Source of the DNA: a virus
Lineage: Duplodnaviria; Caudoviricetes
Virus record (IMG/VR): IMGVR_UViG_3300042893_002153
Location: 1-50,803 of that record
Direction: 5' to 3' (one strand)
Length of the DNA stretch: 50,803 nt
The translations under genes and the position numbers were made by a program. Position 1 is the stretch's first letter. Each line of letters begins with the position of its first letter. The notes under the pieces were generated by a model. That model did no database searches, was not told the origin of the DNA, and worked only from the letters and a program-made list of their open reading frames with translations. Positions 33,743 through 42,824 of this stretch are shown here, in pieces.

Positions 33743-35410
33743 TTACCGAGATTGTAGAATTCTTTTAAGGAATTTCGTTGCGTTGTCTAGTCCTTCGATA
33801 AGATTACTTCTGGTTACGATGGACATATTACGAATGTTTTGATTTTGGAACTCTCTAATCGCACCTCCATCAGGTTCTATGAGAACAAAATTAGCGTGAT
33901 TGACATACTCGACTGGAATATCGGTTCCGAACGAACCATCGGTGATTAGAACAATGTGCTCGTTTGGTTTAGGTTTTACGAATGTTGGATTAGTACTTCC
34001 TTCTAGATTTCCCGTTAAGAAGTTTAAGTTTAGTTCATCTCTGGTAATCTCATAAGTGTTTGTGCCGAAAGCAAATATTCGTATATTGATATGTCGGTTC
34101 ATAGTATCGTAAAAGGATTTGAGATAGTCGGTCGCAACTTGAATTTTAGTCTTGCCGTTATATAAAGCATCAGTGCGATGTTCGCCCATTGAACCAGAAA
34201 TATCGAGATAGAACAATATACTCGCACTTCTACCACCTTTGCCTAGTTCTTGAATATCTTTGTCGAACAGTTTTTCGTTTTTGACGAAACCTTTACGCAT
34301 AAACTTACGCATAGAAAGTTGTTTGGCATTTCCAGAATATCGAGATACAACACGAGAACCTTTGATACCAGAACTTCTGTATGTTGTAAAAGCACTCACT
34401 TCGTATTTATCATAAGTAGAAATGTCTTTTTCGCCACGAGATAGAATACTGATACCATCTCTTACAGTTTCTTCTTTTGCTTGAATGTTTTGGTCTTCTA
34501 GTTCTTTCATCTCTTTTTCGATTTCTTGAATTTGCTTTTTCTTTTCTTCTTTTGTTTTCGGTTTCGGTTCTGCTTTTCCATTGTTTTGGTTTGCCGAATT
34601 AGAACCTGCTTGTGGTTCTTGATTAGAATTGGTTTGTTGCGTTGATTTAGATTCGACTGGTTCACCACCTTGTTGTGGTGGTTCCGTTGTTTTAGTTTGT
34701 GGTGGACTTGGATTAACAGGTTTGTTCTTTTCTTGAATCAGTTCTCTTACCAACATTTCGATATTGGCACTAATACCCATTAACTTATTTGCTGTAAAGT
34801 TGTTAGATTCTTGGTCGATTTGGTAAGCAGTTTTATCGATACTTAAAAAAGAAATGTTGAGTTTTAAGATTTCAGCAACAATCTCTTTTTGTCTTTGCGT
34901 TTTCGAAAAGTAATCAACCCAAGGACTATTATCAACGGTTCGTAATAAACCAAGAGTAATAGCAAGTGGGTTATTCGACTTTCTGGAAACATCTTGATTT
35001 AAGTTCTTGTCTTGAAAAGCGTATCGTAAGATATTGAATTTAGCATACAAGTTCCATAACGAAATTTGAAATTCTAGTCGGTTATCTTCTAATACATTCA
35101 TAGTATCGGTATATTGTAATTTACGAGAAGTGTAAATAGCATGACCGATTTCGTGAAGCATTAGAGTATAAAAAGTTGAATAAGCGATATTTGGGAATTG
35201 AACAAACAGAGTTGCTAAGTTGTTCAAAGCAATAACGATTTCGTTGTTATCGATATCATAATAAGAAGTTTGTAGAGGACCTTCTTTTGGCGTTTCTAGT
35301 CTGATTTTGAGATTTGGTTTTTTAAGCATATCAGCATAATACTGCTCGATAAACTTAATGGACTTGATATCAGAAAACCAAAGTTTTTTAAGAATAGCTT
35401 CTAATTCCAT
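33743..35410 (-). CDS. Metallopeptidase-like N-terminal domain + low-complexity linker + vWA domain (CobT-like partner)
   Basis: LHEIGHAIYT, NVLEDNRLE; Q/P/N/S linker; MIDAS LDISGSM...GST...LITDG. Confidence 0.88.
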   Translation of the reverse strand: MELEAILKKLWFSDIKSIKFIEQYYADMLKKPNLKIRLETPKEGPLQTSYYDIDNNEIVIALNNLATLFVQFPNIAYSTFYTLMLHEIGHAIYTSRKLQYTDTMNVLEDNRLEFQISLWNLYAKFNILRYAFQDKNLNQDVSRKSNNPLAITLGLLRTVDNSPWVDYFSKTQRQKEIVAEILKLNISFLSIDKTAYQIDQESNNFTANKLMGISANIEMLVRELIQEKNKPVNPSPPQTKTTEPPQQGGEPVESKSTQQTNSNQEPQAGSNSANQNNGKAEPKPKTKEEKKKQIQEIEKEMKELEDQNIQAKEETVRDGISILSRGEKDISTYDKYEVSAFTTYRSSGIKGSRVVSRYSGNAKQLSMRKFMRKGFVKNEKLFDKDIQELGKGGRSASILFYLDISGSMGEHRTDALYNGKTKIQVATDYLKSFYDTMNRHINIRIFAFGTNTYEITRDELNLNFLTGNLEGSTNPTFVKPKPNEHIVLITDGSFGTDIPVEYVNHANFVLIEPDGGAIREFQNQNIRNMSIVTRSNLIEGLDNATKFLKRILQSR

Positions 35411-35411
35411 G

Positions 35412-36422
35412 TTATTCCCCTTTGCTTGACTTAATTTGTTGTGTCAAGATTAGTATTTCTTTTAAGCGTTGTTGGAATTCGCCTTTGTCGAGTAGTCGCT
35501 TGTAAGCAGAAATATTACTGACATCACCTTGGCAGATTTTGAATTCGATTTGCGATTCAGTATTAAAGTCGATAAACTTTTGGTAATCTCTAAAATCGAG
35601 TGGTCGAATATCAACGAATTTTGCTGCTCGAAGTTCTGAGAACAATTGTCGAATTGCGTTTAACCATTCTTGATTAACACCAATTCTTTGAATTAGTATT
35701 TGGTCGGTTAAGCGTAAAATCAAACCAACTGCTCGACCAAGTAGAGCATCTCCTATTGGATTGCGTTCGTCGGTTTCTGACGGAGGGTTCATTGTCATCA
35801 TAATTCGAAACTTTGGCGATATGTGGACTAGTTCATCACCAATAACAATCGACTTTTTCTCATCAGTTAAACCTTGAACAAGCATTAGAGTATCGTGTGG
35901 TAAAGAATTACCTTCATCAAACAGAATTCGGTTATCTTCTAATTCGCCTTTAACTGCTTTGAGGAATGGTGTTGGGTGTGGTTTCAAACCAGTTCCATCT
36001 TTATCGGCAAGATAGTAGCACAACGAGTATGGGTCTACACTTGAATTACAGGCGATGACTGGAATGTTTGGGTATCTCTTTTCGATTACATAAGTTTTGC
36101 CAACACCTGTTTCGCCCATTAGAATAAATAATCTTCTTTTTGTTTTTTCATTATCAAACGACTTAAAGAAATCTTCTAATGGGTCTTTTGTCTTGAACTG
36201 ACGTTCGAACAGAATGGCTTCTACATCTTTTTCTTCGTTATTTGCTTGATTAACCAAATCGATAACTTCTTTTTTATCTTTATCGTTGATAATTCTTTCA
36301 ATAATAGAAGGATTACAAGAGTAAACAGAAAAACCCGAATTGTGTTCCTGTAGAATTTTTCGAGCAGTTTTACCCCTTTCACCCATAAGCAAAGCGACTA
36401 AATCTTCTTGTTGTATTGGCAT
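35412..36422 (-). CDS. MoxR/CobS-like AAA+ ATPase
   Basis: GETGVGKT; ILFDEGN; FRIMMTMNP; DALLGR. Confidence 0.88.
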   Translation of the reverse strand: MPIQQEDLVALLMGERGKTARKILQEHNSGFSVYSCNPSIIERIINDKDKKEVIDLVNQANNEEKDVEAILFERQFKTKDPLEDFFKSFDNEKTKRRLFILMGETGVGKTYVIEKRYPNIPVIACNSSVDPYSLCYYLADKDGTGLKPHPTPFLKAVKGELEDNRILFDEGNSLPHDTLMLVQGLTDEKKSIVIGDELVHISPKFRIMMTMNPPSETDERNPIGDALLGRAVGLILRLTDQILIQRIGVNQEWLNAIRQLFSELRAAKFVDIRPLDFRDYQKFIDFNTESQIEFKICQGDVSNISAYKRLLDKGEFQQRLKEILILTQQIKSSKGE

Positions 36423-36428
36423 TCTAGT

Positions 36429-36716
36429 TTACTCCTTTGAGTTCAAGCGAAAAAGTAACTTTTTCAGTCTTGTTTCTCTTTGTATGTATTCGTATAAGTA
36501 AGTCATTACAATTTTAGAATCTTCTTTATTAAGCATTTTATCGAAAGTTTCATAATCGTAAGAGCGACCATCTCGGTCTAGAATGTTGAAATCGCATTCG
36601 CCTTGTTGTTTTCCGTCAATTCCAATTTGGTATAAATCGCCATTTTCGAAATTGAGAAAGAGTGATACCGACTTTAACTCAACTAGTTTGCCACGATACA
36701 TATTTTCTTTTTTCAT
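36429..36716 (-). CDS. Early hypothetical protein
   Basis: AAGGAG RBS. Confidence 0.7.
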   Translation of the reverse strand: MKKENMYRGKLVELKSVSLFLNFENGDLYQIGIDGKQQGECDFNILDRDGRSYDYETFDKMLNKEDSKIVMTYLYEYIQRETRLKKLLFRLNSKE

Positions 36717-36731
36717 TTTTTTGTTCTCCTT

Positions 36732-36980
36732 TTAAGAACCGAATGTTCGTTGTCTTGCTTCTAGTTCGAGTTGTCCATTTTCTCGAATAATATATATTCG
36801 ATACGAATTACCCGACCAGAACCCTTGAATATCGAAACGAGAAATCACATCTTTGAAACTAGTATTCGGCATTACAAATTCGCCCAATTCGTTTGCGTAT
36901 TCCATAAAATAGTCCATAAATCTCTTTTGCGAAACTTTATGCTTTTTTAGAAGCATTTCTGTTTTTGAAACAGTATTCAT
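36732..36980 (-). CDS. Early hypothetical protein (start MNTVSK)
   Basis: AAGGGGTG RBS; ATG just after the upstream stop. Confidence 0.6.
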   Translation of the reverse strand: MNTVSKTEMLLKKHKVSQKRFMDYFMEYANELGEFVMPNTSFKDVISRFDIQGFWSGNSYRIYIIRENGQLELEARQRTFGS

Positions 36981-36981
36981 T

Positions 36982-37329
36982 CTATTCACCCCCTTTCTTA
37001 TCTTCTCGAAAGTTAAAAGCGTTATATAACGCAAAGTAACTTTTTAGAAGTTCGGTTTGACGGAAGATAGAACCAATACGAGATATATGAGATAGAATGT
37101 CTTTTTCATTAACTAGTCGATAACCATATCGCATTCCTTTTTCTTCAATAAAGAAATACTGGTTTAGATGTATTCTTTTTTCTTGCTCATAAATATAGTT
37201 GTCGACGATTACTTGATACTCTTTTTCGGTTTCGCTTTTAAGAAGATTTCCATTCAACAAATACAGAACTTCTCCACTTTTGGCGACTTGGTGTTCTAAT
37301 CCAACGCATACGAATTCTTTTTTTACCAT
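36982..37329 (-). CDS. Early hypothetical protein
   Basis: AAGGAG RBS; extended -10 TGgTAAAAT at 37384-37376. Confidence 0.7.
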   Translation of the reverse strand: MVKKEFVCVGLEHQVAKSGEVLYLLNGNLLKSETEKEYQVIVDNYIYEQEKRIHLNQYFFIEEKGMRYGYRLVNEKDILSHISRIGSIFRQTELLKSYFALYNAFNFREDKKGGE

Positions 37330-37741
37330 TTTCTTTTTCTCCTTTTTAGAAAAATATGGGCGTTCTTATAATTTAATTTTACCATTATTAAGATATATAT
37401 ATCGCGTTTTTATAATGACCAATCTAAAAGCACGAAAAACCGAAAAAAAGTATTTGTTATAATTTTAAGATATCGTAATCTTACTAATGTTTTAATGTTG
37501 TTATAATTATAGTAATAAATGCCATTGTTGTAAGTAGTTGTATATATACTAGTATAAAGTATAGACTTAATGCGAATAGGGATTACTACAAATAGGGTAA
37601 TTATTACACTGATTATAACAACAATCAAACCTTTTTTAGATATGCGTATCTTGTTTTTCGATAATATCGCCTTTTTATTTATAGTTATCGCCTTTTTGGA
37701 TTTGTTTATCTTGAAAAAAGAAAAAAAGAAAAATAAAAAAA

Positions 37742-37763
37742 AGTAAGATTTTTATATCTTACT
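37742..37763 (-). terminator. Intrinsic terminator (possibly bidirectional) after 37802..38230
   Basis: AGTAAGAT/ATCTTACT stem with a 6-nt loop; long T-tract on the minus strand. Confidence 0.65.
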
Positions 37764-37801
37764 CTTTTTCCGTGTTGAGATAACGAGTTTTATTTTTTTT
37801 C

Positions 37802-38230
37802 TTAACCTTGCTTATCGTTCATATATTCTTTATATAAACGCTTTACAAGATTAACGATATCTTCGATACTTGCTTTTGGATTTTTCGCTTTTTCGATTTC
37901 GTTATCGATTTTTTCCATTTCGATTAAAGTTTTTTCGAGGTTTTCTTTTTTCGTTGATGGTTTTAATGTTTTCACGAGTTCGATTTTTTCGGTTTCGAGT
38001 TTTTCGATTAAGGTTTTATCGATAACCGACACTTGCTTAACAAGTTTTTCGATTAAGGTTGTATCTTTTTTTTCGTTATCGATTTTAACGATTTTCCAAC
38101 CCTTGTTTTCGATAAACTTTATTCCGTTTTCGGTGTTCATTCCACTCGTTGCCCCAAGTTCGATATATGCTTTTGCGACACTCTCAAAAGATTTTTCGAC
38201 GCCGTCTTTTTCGATTATGATTTTTCTCAT
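37802..38230 (-). CDS. First early gene; K/E-rich protein with an N-terminal NUMOD1-like DNA-binding motif and coiled coil
   Basis: SFESVAKAYIELG motif; AAAGGA RBS; own promoter-like site (TGaGATAAT 38300-38292) and terminator. Confidence 0.7.
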   Translation of the reverse strand: MRKIIIEKDGVEKSFESVAKAYIELGATSGMNTENGIKFIENKGWKIVKIDNEKKDTTLIEKLVKQVSVIDKTLIEKLETEKIELVKTLKPSTKKENLEKTLIEMEKIDNEIEKAKNPKASIEDIVNLVKRLYKEYMNDKQG

Positions 38231-38387
38231 TTTGTTTTCCTTTTTCCTTTATAAGTTTTTTCGTAAACCCGTATTATCTCAACACGATATTATTATCTCA
38301 TTTATCAAGAAAAGATTTTTTCGATTTTCAATTTTTATTTTTCTTATTGAGAGCACGAGTTTTTTATACATATCAAGAATAAGTAAA

Positions 38388-38447
38388 GGGGGGGGCACAA
38401 ACCCAAACCGAAACCCCACCCCCCCTCCCCCCCCCATAACTATCCCC
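38388..38447. other. G/C homopolymer tract at the strand switch upstream of terS; candidate packaging/terminus region
   Basis: G8 followed by several C3-C9 runs in an otherwise AT-rich genome. Confidence 0.45.
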
Positions 38448-38476
38448 ACTTCTATCGTGTATCATTTTTTCAAATA

Positions 38477-38485
38477 TGGTATGAT
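38477..38485 (+). promoter_or_regulatory. Extended -10 promoter TGgTATGAT for the terminase operon
   Basis: Consensus match, then GGAGGT RBS and ATG at 38504. Confidence 0.6.
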
Positions 38486-38503
38486 ATGGGGGAGGTATAA
38501 AAT

Positions 38504-38854
38504 ATGCGAATCATTGACAAGATAGTGCAGAACTTAAAAATAATCACAATCATGAAATCATGCGGATACAAAGACAAGAGTATCGCGGACTATGTGGGCG
38601 TGACAACAAGTGAGTTGCTTGACACGATTGCTCTGGATAACTATTTGGCGGAGGTGTGGGAAAAAGCGGCGGAACATTTGGCAAGTGAAATCGAACGAAA
38701 GTTTATCGAGAACACACTGGCGCAACTGGACACGGGGGATAACACGGACGCGAAGTGGATACTGGAAAGAACGAACAAAAAATATCAAAAGAAAGAACAA
38801 GTTGATGTGAGTATCACAAGCATCGACGACATTATCCGCGGCCAAGGAAAATAG
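38504..38854 (+). CDS. terS: Terminase small subunit (putative)
   Basis: HTH-like IADYVGV; AKWILER motif; directly upstream of terL. Confidence 0.7.
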   Translation: MRIIDKIVQNLKIITIMKSCGYKDKSIADYVGVTTSELLDTIALDNYLAEVWEKAAEHLASEIERKFIENTLAQLDTGDNTDAKWILERTNKKYQKKEQVDVSITSIDDIIRGQGK

Positions 38855-38855
38855 A

Positions 38856-40613
38856 ATGCCGAATAAGAATCCGTTAAACACGGCGGACTATAGTAAGACT
38901 ATATTTTCGCCACGCTGGTTTATGGAAAACTTGCTTTACATTGTCGACAAAAAGAATCAACTGGTAAAGTTCAAATTGAACGAAGAGCAAAGTCGAATGC
39001 TCGACCACGTGCAATTTTGTTTGGACAATGATTTGCCAATAAGAATGATGGTGTTGAAAGCGCGGCAAATTGGTGCTACGACATTTTTTTCAGCGCTTGG
39101 ATTTTGGTTTGCTTCAATGAACCGAAACATTACGTATGGGATAGTGGCTCACTTGTTGAAGAGTGCGGAAAGTATCTTCCAAAAATGTAAGGTTTACTAT
39201 AATAATCTTCCTCGGGAACTGCAACCGGCAACAACACAAATGTCGAGCGAAGGGATAACGTTTGATAGAAAGAACGGTCAAGGGGTCAACTCGAAGATAC
39301 AATTTGCGACGGTGAGCGAAGGGGTGTTCCGTGGACAAACGCTCAGTTATCTACACTTAACGGAGTGTGCGTTCTGGGAAGGCAATGTTCAAGCGATAGA
39401 GAACTCGTTGGCACCAACGGTGAGTATTAACCCACGGACTATTATTGTAAGAGAGTCAACGGCAAACGGATATAATTTTTTCAAAGACGACTGGGATAGA
39501 GCGGTCACGGGCAAGAGTGAATACACGCCATTCTTTTTCGGTTGGCAAGACCATAAAGAATATAAATTACCAATTCCAAAAGATTTCGCATTAACCCAAA
39601 AAGAAGAAGCAATAAAAAATAAATATCACGTGAGTGATGAGCAGTTGATGTGGCGACGGTATCAAATCGACAATAACTACGGCGGAAACGAAATGTGGTT
39701 TGCCCAAGAAAACCCAATGACGCCTGAAGAAGCGTTTGTTGCAGCGGGTTCAGGGGTGTTTGATTCGAACACTATCGTCCAAGGTTATCAATCTTCCGTC
39801 AAACCAGAAGAAGTGACGTTGGAATCGGTGGCGATGTTTGAAAAACTGATGGTGTGGGAGTATCCCGAAGAAGGAACGGAAGAGATACACGCGCAAAAGG
39901 CGATATGGAGCGACGAAAAGCAGGATTATGAGATGATAGATACGGAACTGGTGGTTGAAGAGGTGTATTATCGGACACCATACACCATCGGGGTGGATAC
40001 ATCAGGTATGGGCGCGGACTATAACCAAGTGGTTGTGGTTAACAATGTGACAAAAAAGGTTGCGGCACGTTTTGGAAAGAAGAATCTTCCCGAAGAACAG
40101 CTGGCTTCGATTGTAGTCGAAATAGCAAAAATGTATAACGACGCGTTAATTGCTCCCGAAGTAAACTATTCTCACGAAATATGTAACTATATTTTAAAAT
40201 TAGGTTATAAAAACTTGTATATTACCGAAAGTATGGCGAGGCAAGATGCGAAAGTGGTTGGTGGTATTCAATATGGTTGGCGAACAACGAGCCAAAGCAA
40301 AGCCCCGATTATATCATCAATGAGGTCAAGGCTTACAAGCGACCCAACGTTAATAGAAGACAGAGAGTTTTGGTATGAGGCGGAATATTATTTGATGGAA
40401 GACCCTCGTATTAATAAAATGAATGCGGCAAATGGACATCACGATGATATCATTACAGCAACAGCAATCGCTATGTATGTTAGTGATAGTTTCCAAGCAA
40501 AACAAACAAGATACACGGTAAAAAACAATTATAGTGAAAGAATAGTCAAAAATATGTTAAAATCTAATAAGAAAGTAAAAATTCGGAGAGGAATTTATAA
40601 CAACAATGCGTAA
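38856..40613 (+). CDS. terL: Terminase large subunit
   Basis: VLKARQIGATT; LHLTECAFW; ESTANG; IGVDTSG; HDDII. Confidence 0.93.
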   Translation: MPNKNPLNTADYSKTIFSPRWFMENLLYIVDKKNQLVKFKLNEEQSRMLDHVQFCLDNDLPIRMMVLKARQIGATTFFSALGFWFASMNRNITYGIVAHLLKSAESIFQKCKVYYNNLPRELQPATTQMSSEGITFDRKNGQGVNSKIQFATVSEGVFRGQTLSYLHLTECAFWEGNVQAIENSLAPTVSINPRTIIVRESTANGYNFFKDDWDRAVTGKSEYTPFFFGWQDHKEYKLPIPKDFALTQKEEAIKNKYHVSDEQLMWRRYQIDNNYGGNEMWFAQENPMTPEEAFVAAGSGVFDSNTIVQGYQSSVKPEEVTLESVAMFEKLMVWEYPEEGTEEIHAQKAIWSDEKQDYEMIDTELVVEEVYYRTPYTIGVDTSGMGADYNQVVVVNNVTKKVAARFGKKNLPEEQLASIVVEIAKMYNDALIAPEVNYSHEICNYILKLGYKNLYITESMARQDAKVVGGIQYGWRTTSQSKAPIISSMRSRLTSDPTLIEDREFWYEAEYYLMEDPRINKMNAANGHHDDIITATAIAMYVSDSFQAKQTRYTVKNNYSERIVKNMLKSNKKVKIRRGIYNNNA

Positions 40614-40806
40614 AATCTTAGATATTATTAAAAAAATGCACGACCACTTTAATAAACGTAACGAAGAACTTGAAACAAGAATCAAAATCCTCGAAGAAGT
40701 CGTGTTTGCGCTGAAAACAAACGTAAAAGAAAAAAAGAAACAAGTCGAAATGGTTCAAAAGAAAAAATGGTTGAACGGATACCCAGACGAAACGAAAGAA
40801 GGTTAG
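40606..40806 (+). CDS. Small coiled-coil hypothetical protein
   Basis: Between terL and portal, overlapping the terL stop. Confidence 0.6.
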   Translation: MRKILDIIKKMHDHFNKRNEELETRIKILEEVVFALKTNVKEKKKQVEMVQKKKWLNGYPDETKEG

Positions 40807-40809
40807 ACC

Positions 40810-42723
40810 ATGGCGAAAAAAACATATAAAGACGTTGTTGCCACCGATATTTACGAGCAGTTTGAAAACGCAAACGCTTTTAAATCTTCCATCAACCTCA
40901 TTAACGACATTAAAAGAAGTGTGTTGTTTGAAAATGGCAAACAATGGAATATGGACGAAGACATCAAAGATTTTCCAAAGATTACTATTAACATTATTAA
41001 ACAAATTGGCAAAGCAAGAAAAAGCGGTGTCATGGCAAATGATTACAGTTATCTAGTAAACTCAACCAACTTTCAAAGCGTTAGAAAGGTTCAAGATTTT
41101 TTAAAATATTTAGCGCAATGTATTAACTTACGACAAAAAGATTTAAAAGTTTTATCCGACGATTATACCAAAGGAACGGGTCTTACTTATTTTTATTGGG
41201 ACGCAGAAAAACGCGGGTTCATGAAAAAATCAGGTGGAGAAATGCGTTCCGAAGTGGTTGATATTAGAAATTTTGCAGTGGCCAACCCTTATATTCAAAG
41301 CGTTCAAGAACAAGAATGGGTTATGTATGTAACGCGAGAAAAAATTAGTTCATTAAAGAAAAAGTATGGTGACAAAAATTATGTGGCCGATGGAAACTTA
41401 TACACAAGCGGAACCGAAGTGGAAAACATTTCTACTAACTTCCCCGAAGACGACCTCGTTAATGTATATACAAAATTTTATCGTAACGAAGAAGGACAAG
41501 TGTTCTTTACGATTGCGACACAATACGAAGTGTTAAAAACAGCAACACCACTTAACCCTTATTACAAAGGGACTTCGACCGAGATGCCAAACACGACTAG
41601 TTTACCAGATGAAAAATCGGACTCGAAAGATGCGCGCGAAGATAAAATTTGGAATCTTTATCCATTCGCAAGACTATGTTTAAATGAACGCGATAATTGT
41701 TTTTACGGCATGCCAATTACCCACGAATATATTGAAGCGCAAAAATCGATTAACAATCACTACTCAGTTTACGACAAAGCAATTCAAGACAACGTGCTTG
41801 GTGGATTTATTTTCCGCAAAGGTGTAATTGATTCAAACGAAGTCACCACCGAAAACGGACAAATGCTTGAACTTGATACAATGCCAAACGAACCAATTAA
41901 TAACGCATTTTCAAGATTGCCTGTTGCTAGTGTGCCAACCGATTCAGCAACATACTCAAATAACCTTATCCAATTAACAAGACAGGTCGCGGGCGCGAGC
42001 AACGTTCAACTCGGTATGGCAGATTTTGCAGGTCAAAGCGGAAAACAAACGCAAATGCTTTTACAACGTGCGCAAGAAAACTCTTCCGATAACGCCATGA
42101 TGTTTAACGAATACAAAAAAGAACAAGCAAAGATTATGTTTTTATTCGCCAAGTTTTTTTATGACAACGAATCGTTTGTTTTAATTAATCACGGAGCAAT
42201 GAAAGACGATGTCCGTTCTTATCAAGGTCCAGAAGCGTTTGACGGGCGCGATTATCTTAAAGATGATGTGATGATTGATATTAAAGTTGGGGCAGCTCCA
42301 TCGTTTTCAGAATATACAAATATTGAACTGCTCGGCTTAATGGTTCAATCTGGTCAAGCCCCTTTTGAAACATATGTTGCTATGTTGCCCGAAGGTTATA
42401 TTTCTAATAAACAAGAAATTATCGAACTTGCTAAAAATAATAGTAATGTTCAAATAAAACAAATGCAGCAACAATTAGAACAAGCAAATTTAGTTATGGA
42501 GCAAATGTCGAAAGCATATCAGAAGACACAAAAAGATATGTCGAACATCGACACCATTATTCAAGAAAACATTCGTCTAAAATCTATGATGGCGGAAATA
42601 TCAGCAAATGCTATTCAAAAAGTAAGTCAAGCAGACCAACAAACATTAGAAGCAACTCAGGATATTAGAAAGGTTCTACAATCAGTTGGCAGAACCATGA
42701 CTGATAAGAAGCAAAAAGAATAG
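40810..42723 (+). CDS. Portal protein (P22-like, with C-terminal coiled-coil barrel)
   Basis: 637 aa; FENGKQW, INIIKQ, CFYGMP, QKSIN; Q-rich C-terminal helix; position after terL. Confidence 0.85.
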   Translation: MAKKTYKDVVATDIYEQFENANAFKSSINLINDIKRSVLFENGKQWNMDEDIKDFPKITINIIKQIGKARKSGVMANDYSYLVNSTNFQSVRKVQDFLKYLAQCINLRQKDLKVLSDDYTKGTGLTYFYWDAEKRGFMKKSGGEMRSEVVDIRNFAVANPYIQSVQEQEWVMYVTREKISSLKKKYGDKNYVADGNLYTSGTEVENISTNFPEDDLVNVYTKFYRNEEGQVFFTIATQYEVLKTATPLNPYYKGTSTEMPNTTSLPDEKSDSKDAREDKIWNLYPFARLCLNERDNCFYGMPITHEYIEAQKSINNHYSVYDKAIQDNVLGGFIFRKGVIDSNEVTTENGQMLELDTMPNEPINNAFSRLPVASVPTDSATYSNNLIQLTRQVAGASNVQLGMADFAGQSGKQTQMLLQRAQENSSDNAMMFNEYKKEQAKIMFLFAKFFYDNESFVLINHGAMKDDVRSYQGPEAFDGRDYLKDDVMIDIKVGAAPSFSEYTNIELLGLMVQSGQAPFETYVAMLPEGYISNKQEIIELAKNNSNVQIKQMQQQLEQANLVMEQMSKAYQKTQKDMSNIDTIIQENIRLKSMMAEISANAIQKVSQADQQTLEATQDIRKVLQSVGRTMTDKKQKE

Positions 42724-42751
42724 TTATTAATATATTGTTTTCTTAAAAATG

Positions 42752-42760
42752 TGATATACT
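42752..42760 (+). promoter_or_regulatory. Extended -10 promoter TGaTATACT with a two-hairpin leader for scaffold/capsid
   Basis: GCTATC/GATAGC and CGCTT/GAGCG hairpins precede GAGGAG RBS. Confidence 0.55.
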
Positions 42761-42824
42761 TAAAATATAACGTAGGCTATCATCGTTAAGATAGCGTCGC
42801 TTATCCGAGCGTCAGAGGAGATTT

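Noticed and set aside
35412-36422. CobS as a cobalamin-synthesis auxiliary gene
   Set aside because: No cobN or other cob genes; a generic MoxR-vWA pair explains it.
37410-37628. 72-aa hydrophobic minus-strand ORF
   Set aside because: Non-ATG start, no RBS; I/Y/N/T bias reflects AT-rich regulatory DNA.
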